NCBI RefSeq assembly: GCF_964188315.1
Contig: NC_135673.1
Coordinates: forward strand, 44,330,001-44,394,000
Direction: 5' to 3'
Source of the DNA: Podarcis muralis
Lineage: Eukaryota
DNA length: 64,000 bases
The position numbers and the translations under genes were made by a program. Positions 60,269-64,000 of the stretch are shown here, one piece after another (position 1 is the stretch's first letter; each line of letters starts with the position of its first letter). The notes beneath the pieces were generated by a model that saw only the letters and a list, made by a program, of their open reading frames with translations, did no database searches and was not told the origin of the DNA.

Positions 60269-61308
60269 TTTTTCTGTTCTGATGTACCTGTGTTCCGGAT
60301 GTTCAAAAGAAATAAAAGTTGGGAAAGCCAACAATATATGTCAGATACCTTCATGTTTGGAAGAGCAACCCATATGCAAGTGTCTCTGTGGTTCAGGATG
60401 CTGAAATGATTTCAGGAATAAGACAACAGATTAAATGTTCCCTTTCCTTCCTTCAACAATCCTGAGAGAGAGGGAGAGCTGTGAACCAGAAAACTAAGTA
60501 AGATACTGTTGGGTTGAAGTCAGCACAGAAGACTTTTTTCCATTTCAGTTACTCATGAGTGGTTACTTAAGGATTCATAAGACTGCTAAAATGGGACTCT
60601 TGAAGGAATAAAGATCAGTGGGAGGAAAAAATGAGGCTTTGCGCTATCAAACCTGGAGAGAAAAGGACACCATTTATTGTGTCTCATAACGCAAACTGTA
60701 AGAATGTAACATAGGAAGGCTATTAGAGATAATTATCTGTTCTAGTAAATGAAAAGTTTATTTTGGGGGAGTTGAACCCTCTTCAACTGCATCATAAAAA
60801 CCACATCTGTATATCCATGCCACAGACAGGATTTTCAGGAAAACCCCTTTTCAATCATCTTCTCCTTTGCATTTCTTTATATTTTTTGTGCAAGTAAATT
60901 AGATAATCAGGAAGTGCTCATTGACTCAGAGATTGCCTTGTGCGTCTTATTTGTACTGCTTTTCTTGATATTGCTAATGAGTCTAAGCAACACCTTGAGG
61001 CAAACCCCGATTAGCCTGTTAATTAAGAGGCTCCTAGTAGGCCTCTTTAGGTGATGGCTTTACTCCCATGAACCAAAGATCTCTTCTTCTACTGCTATTT
61101 GAATGAAGATATCAGGTTGAACTCTCTTCCCTCAATGTTCACTTCCTCTCCTAGGACACTGAAAACTAGTTGATGCTTGCTTCGCACCATCATTCACTTC
61201 TTAAAGCATTTTAACCAGAGCTGAGCCAAAACTTCAGCTCAGCATTATTAACCCATGTGTGCCCTGCATCAAAATATGTATTTGTTTTTGGGGGGAGGGG
61301 GAGAAGAC

Positions 61309-61619
61309 CAGGGCTGTCTTAAGCATATGAGGCACTGGGGTGCAAAGATCCACCTGGCGCCCCCCCCCCCAGGTTGCCCAGTCCCAGGCACACAGGAGAG
61401 CGGAGCCAGCCGGCCACCTCAGCATCTTGCTGTCTCAGTCGCCCCTGAACTCGTGGTGCAGATCCACCCGCAGTAGAAGAGCCTGTCATGGCGCTCCGAC
61501 TGAAGGGCGGGCTCTTTCCTGGACTCAACTCTTGGGCCCTGGACTCTCAGCCTGGCGCCCCTGAGAGCCCGGCACCCGGGTGCCCCACATCCCTAGTGCC
61601 TATGGGTAAGACGGCCCTG
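61309..61619. mobile_element. Non-autonomous hAT element (CAGGGCCGTCTTA TIR)
   Basis: TIRs cagggctgtctta / taagacggccctg; perfect 8-bp TSD GAGAAGAC (61301-61308 and 61620-61627). Confidence 0.92.
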
Positions 61620-62216
61620 GAGAAGACCATGAAATTTTGAATACCTTTTGCAGAAGAAGAGATGCCTTATCTTGAAAAATAAAATAAGAAGTGCCAAGGA
61701 CTTACTCTTGCTTCCTTGCAAAAATGTAGATACACGTTTATGGATCGATGAATCTGTCCATTTTTGGTTTTCTTCTTTGCTTATTTTTCCAATCTTGAAT
61801 TCAGTTCCCCACATTTCTACAGTAATTTGTGATTTATTTTTTCATTTATAGAAAACCCTAATGAACATTTTCTAGTGTTTTAATGAGAATTTCTCCTAAT
61901 AAGTTTTTTTTTGTAAACAGCTTTGACATATACTAACCTTTTGCAAGCAATTTCCCCTAATACAATGCATTTTATGCTATTTTCACTAATATGTGCACAC
62001 TTTATACTAGTATATTCTACTATAGTTACCTTGTATTATACTTACATTTTTTACTGTTTGTGGTTGTTGTTTTATTTTTATTTTATTTTATTTTTTCTTT
62101 CTTTGGTGTATTCAGTAGAAATATCTGTATTCTTTTTTGGTTTGTATTTGCATAATAATTCAATTTTTTAAAAGGTTATATACTGGTATATTCATTTTTG
62201 TACTCATTGTTTGGTT

Positions 62217-63048
62217 GGCCCCTTACCTTTCCCGCCCCGACCTGGCCACAGTGATCCATGTGACAGTCACCTCCAGGCTTGACTACTGTAATTCGCTCTA
62301 CGTGGGGCTACCCTTGAAGCTGTCCCAGACACTCCAGTGGGTGCAGAATGCTGCAACAAGGCTCCTCACGCGGTCCCTCCATGGGAGCATATTCACCCAG
62401 TACTTTTCCACTGGCTCCTGGTGGAGTACAGGGTCAGATTTAAGGTGCTGGTTTTGACCTTTAAAACCCTTCATGGACTAGGACCCTCATATCTATGGGA
62501 CCGCCTCTCCCGGTATGCCCCACGGAGGACCTTAATTTCCATAAATAGTAACACTCTAGAAGTCCCAGGCCCTAAGGAAGTCAGATTAGCCTCAACCAGA
62601 GCCAGGGCCTTTTCAACACTGGCTCCAGGCTGGTGGAACGCTCTGTTTCATGAGACCAAGGCCCTGCGGGATCTGATTTCTTTCCGCAGGGCCTGTAAGA
62701 CAGAGTTGTTCCGCCTGGCCTTTGGCTTGGAATCAAATTGATCCCCTCCCCCTCTTCCCTTTTCCTTTCTTCTTCTGTGATGGAACTCCTATTTGGGGAC
62801 TTCCCTGGCTTTTTCTAGCCCATGTAGGACCAGTCTAGATAGTTGGCCTTGGAGAAGATTTGATGTTTTCATCCCCCCAAAAGTTTTTGATTTGAGTTCC
62901 TACTGAAATGATGCGGCATTTCAATGTTGTATTTTAATCTTGTTTTTAAGTTGCATTTCAATCAATTGTTTTTATACCGGTGTTAGCCACCCTGAGCCTG
63001 GTCTTGGCTGGGGAGGGCAGGGTATAAATAAAATTTAATAATAATAAT
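62217..63048 (+). mobile_element. L2-clade LINE 3' fragment (second subfamily)
   Basis: SRLDYCNSLYVGLP, YRVRFKVLVLTFK and RAFSTLAPGWWNAL motifs; 3' UTR ending gggcagggtataaataaa and (AAT)n. Confidence 0.92.
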
Positions 63049-64000
63049 ATTGGGAAACTGCATTACAAGATTCATAGAACTGCAAATTTTGAAGGATGGC
63101 TGTATTCCGGTTCCCATCTTGTGTCAGAAAGGAGAAATTGGGTAGGTTTCCCCTTAAATGCAAATTGAGTCACATTTCTCCTTCACCTCCAGCCACTGCT
63201 ACTGCAGCTCAACACCACAAAGATCAACAACAGTATCTGTGCCTCCCTGAGTTCCACAGAAGAAGGAGGGGGGGATGTAATGTGATAAATAAAACAGATT
63301 GGGGTTGTTAAAATACTATTAGCCTCCCTAGGAATGGGCAAGGCTAAATCTACAACTCTTTAAAGACCACCAGAAAAGGCAGTCACATTTCTTCCCTGCC
63401 TTGTATTCTGAGGAATCAGCAGCGGTTTCCAAACAAGCTGAAGCAAGCTTTGGTTGCACTCCTGAGCAATTTATATTCTTAACGGTAGCCCTGGTTCTTA
63501 GGGAAGAGGCAATTTTATCATTGTCTTCCAGAATCTTCATGAAACACCCTTCAAAAAAAAAAAAAAAAAAGTTTGATTTGCAAGAGAAGAAAGGGATTAA
63601 GAATGGATATTCCCCCACTTTCCTTAGTCTCAGATGTTGAAGCCTCAGAGGTAATGGTGGAGATGATGATTTTGTTTTCATCACATTATTTAAAAACTCC
63701 TCAAGATGACTTAAAGCAGGAAGTAAAAAGCAAAAAGCAACTAACAAATAAAAAATAAAATTTCTAAGAACAGTAAAAATGGCCAGGTACCAAAATGTCA
63801 TCATTCCGCTAGCCCACAACTTCAGAATGGCCCCTACTATAATAGCAAAGCTGACAACTAGCATTTAAAAGAGAATTAATTATCAAATGCCTCAGAGCTA
63901 AGGAAAGGCTTGATCTGGTGCCAAAAAGGAAGTGAAGCTGGTGCCAGGTGGGATTCCCTGGGGAGAGCATTACAAAATAGGGAACCACAGGTGAAAAGAC

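Noticed and set aside
13250-61619. Large inverted segmental duplication (Tigger MITE, LTR and hAT each have an inverted partner on the right side)
   Set aside because: The order is not collinear, flanks and TSDs differ, and unique sequence does not align, so these are independent insertions.
63328-63864. 178-aa hydrophobic minus-strand ORF resembling a membrane protein
   Set aside because: Hydrophobicity comes from T-rich sequence, including a poly-T run (FFFFFF); no recognisable domain or codon bias.
1-64000. CRISPR array, operon, prophage or other prokaryotic system
   Set aside because: No regularly spaced direct repeats with unique spacers and no dense ORFs; all content is consistent with vertebrate non-coding DNA.

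Overview
Vertebrate genomic DNA, almost certainly a squamate and probably a lacertid lizard. The inference rests on the repeat content: Sauria SINEs with (ACCTTT)n tails, Bov-B, L2, CR1, RTE and Penelope retroelements, and hAT and Tc1/mariner MITEs. One assembly gap lies at 11555-11709. The window is mostly intronic or intergenic, and I cannot name any host gene. The only protein I positively recognise is TE-derived: L2 reverse transcriptase, an RTE C-terminus, a CR1 C-terminus and a Penelope ORF end. No prokaryotic-type system (operon, CRISPR, phage) is present. The most interesting signals are: (1) a minimal hammerhead ribozyme inside a TSD-bounded Penelope copy at 24.5 kb; (2) an unidentified coding-like exon on the minus strand at 10.05-10.21 kb, with a possibly decayed ORF at 6.5-7.1 kb; (3) a candidate 18-nt frame-preserving microexon at 28.9 kb; (4) two local duplications of non-TE-looking sequence; (5) several TE-free, motif-dense blocks resembling conserved enhancers; (6) nested and tail-to-tail TE arrangements. 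Boundaries of old, degenerate repeats are approximate and were read by eye.
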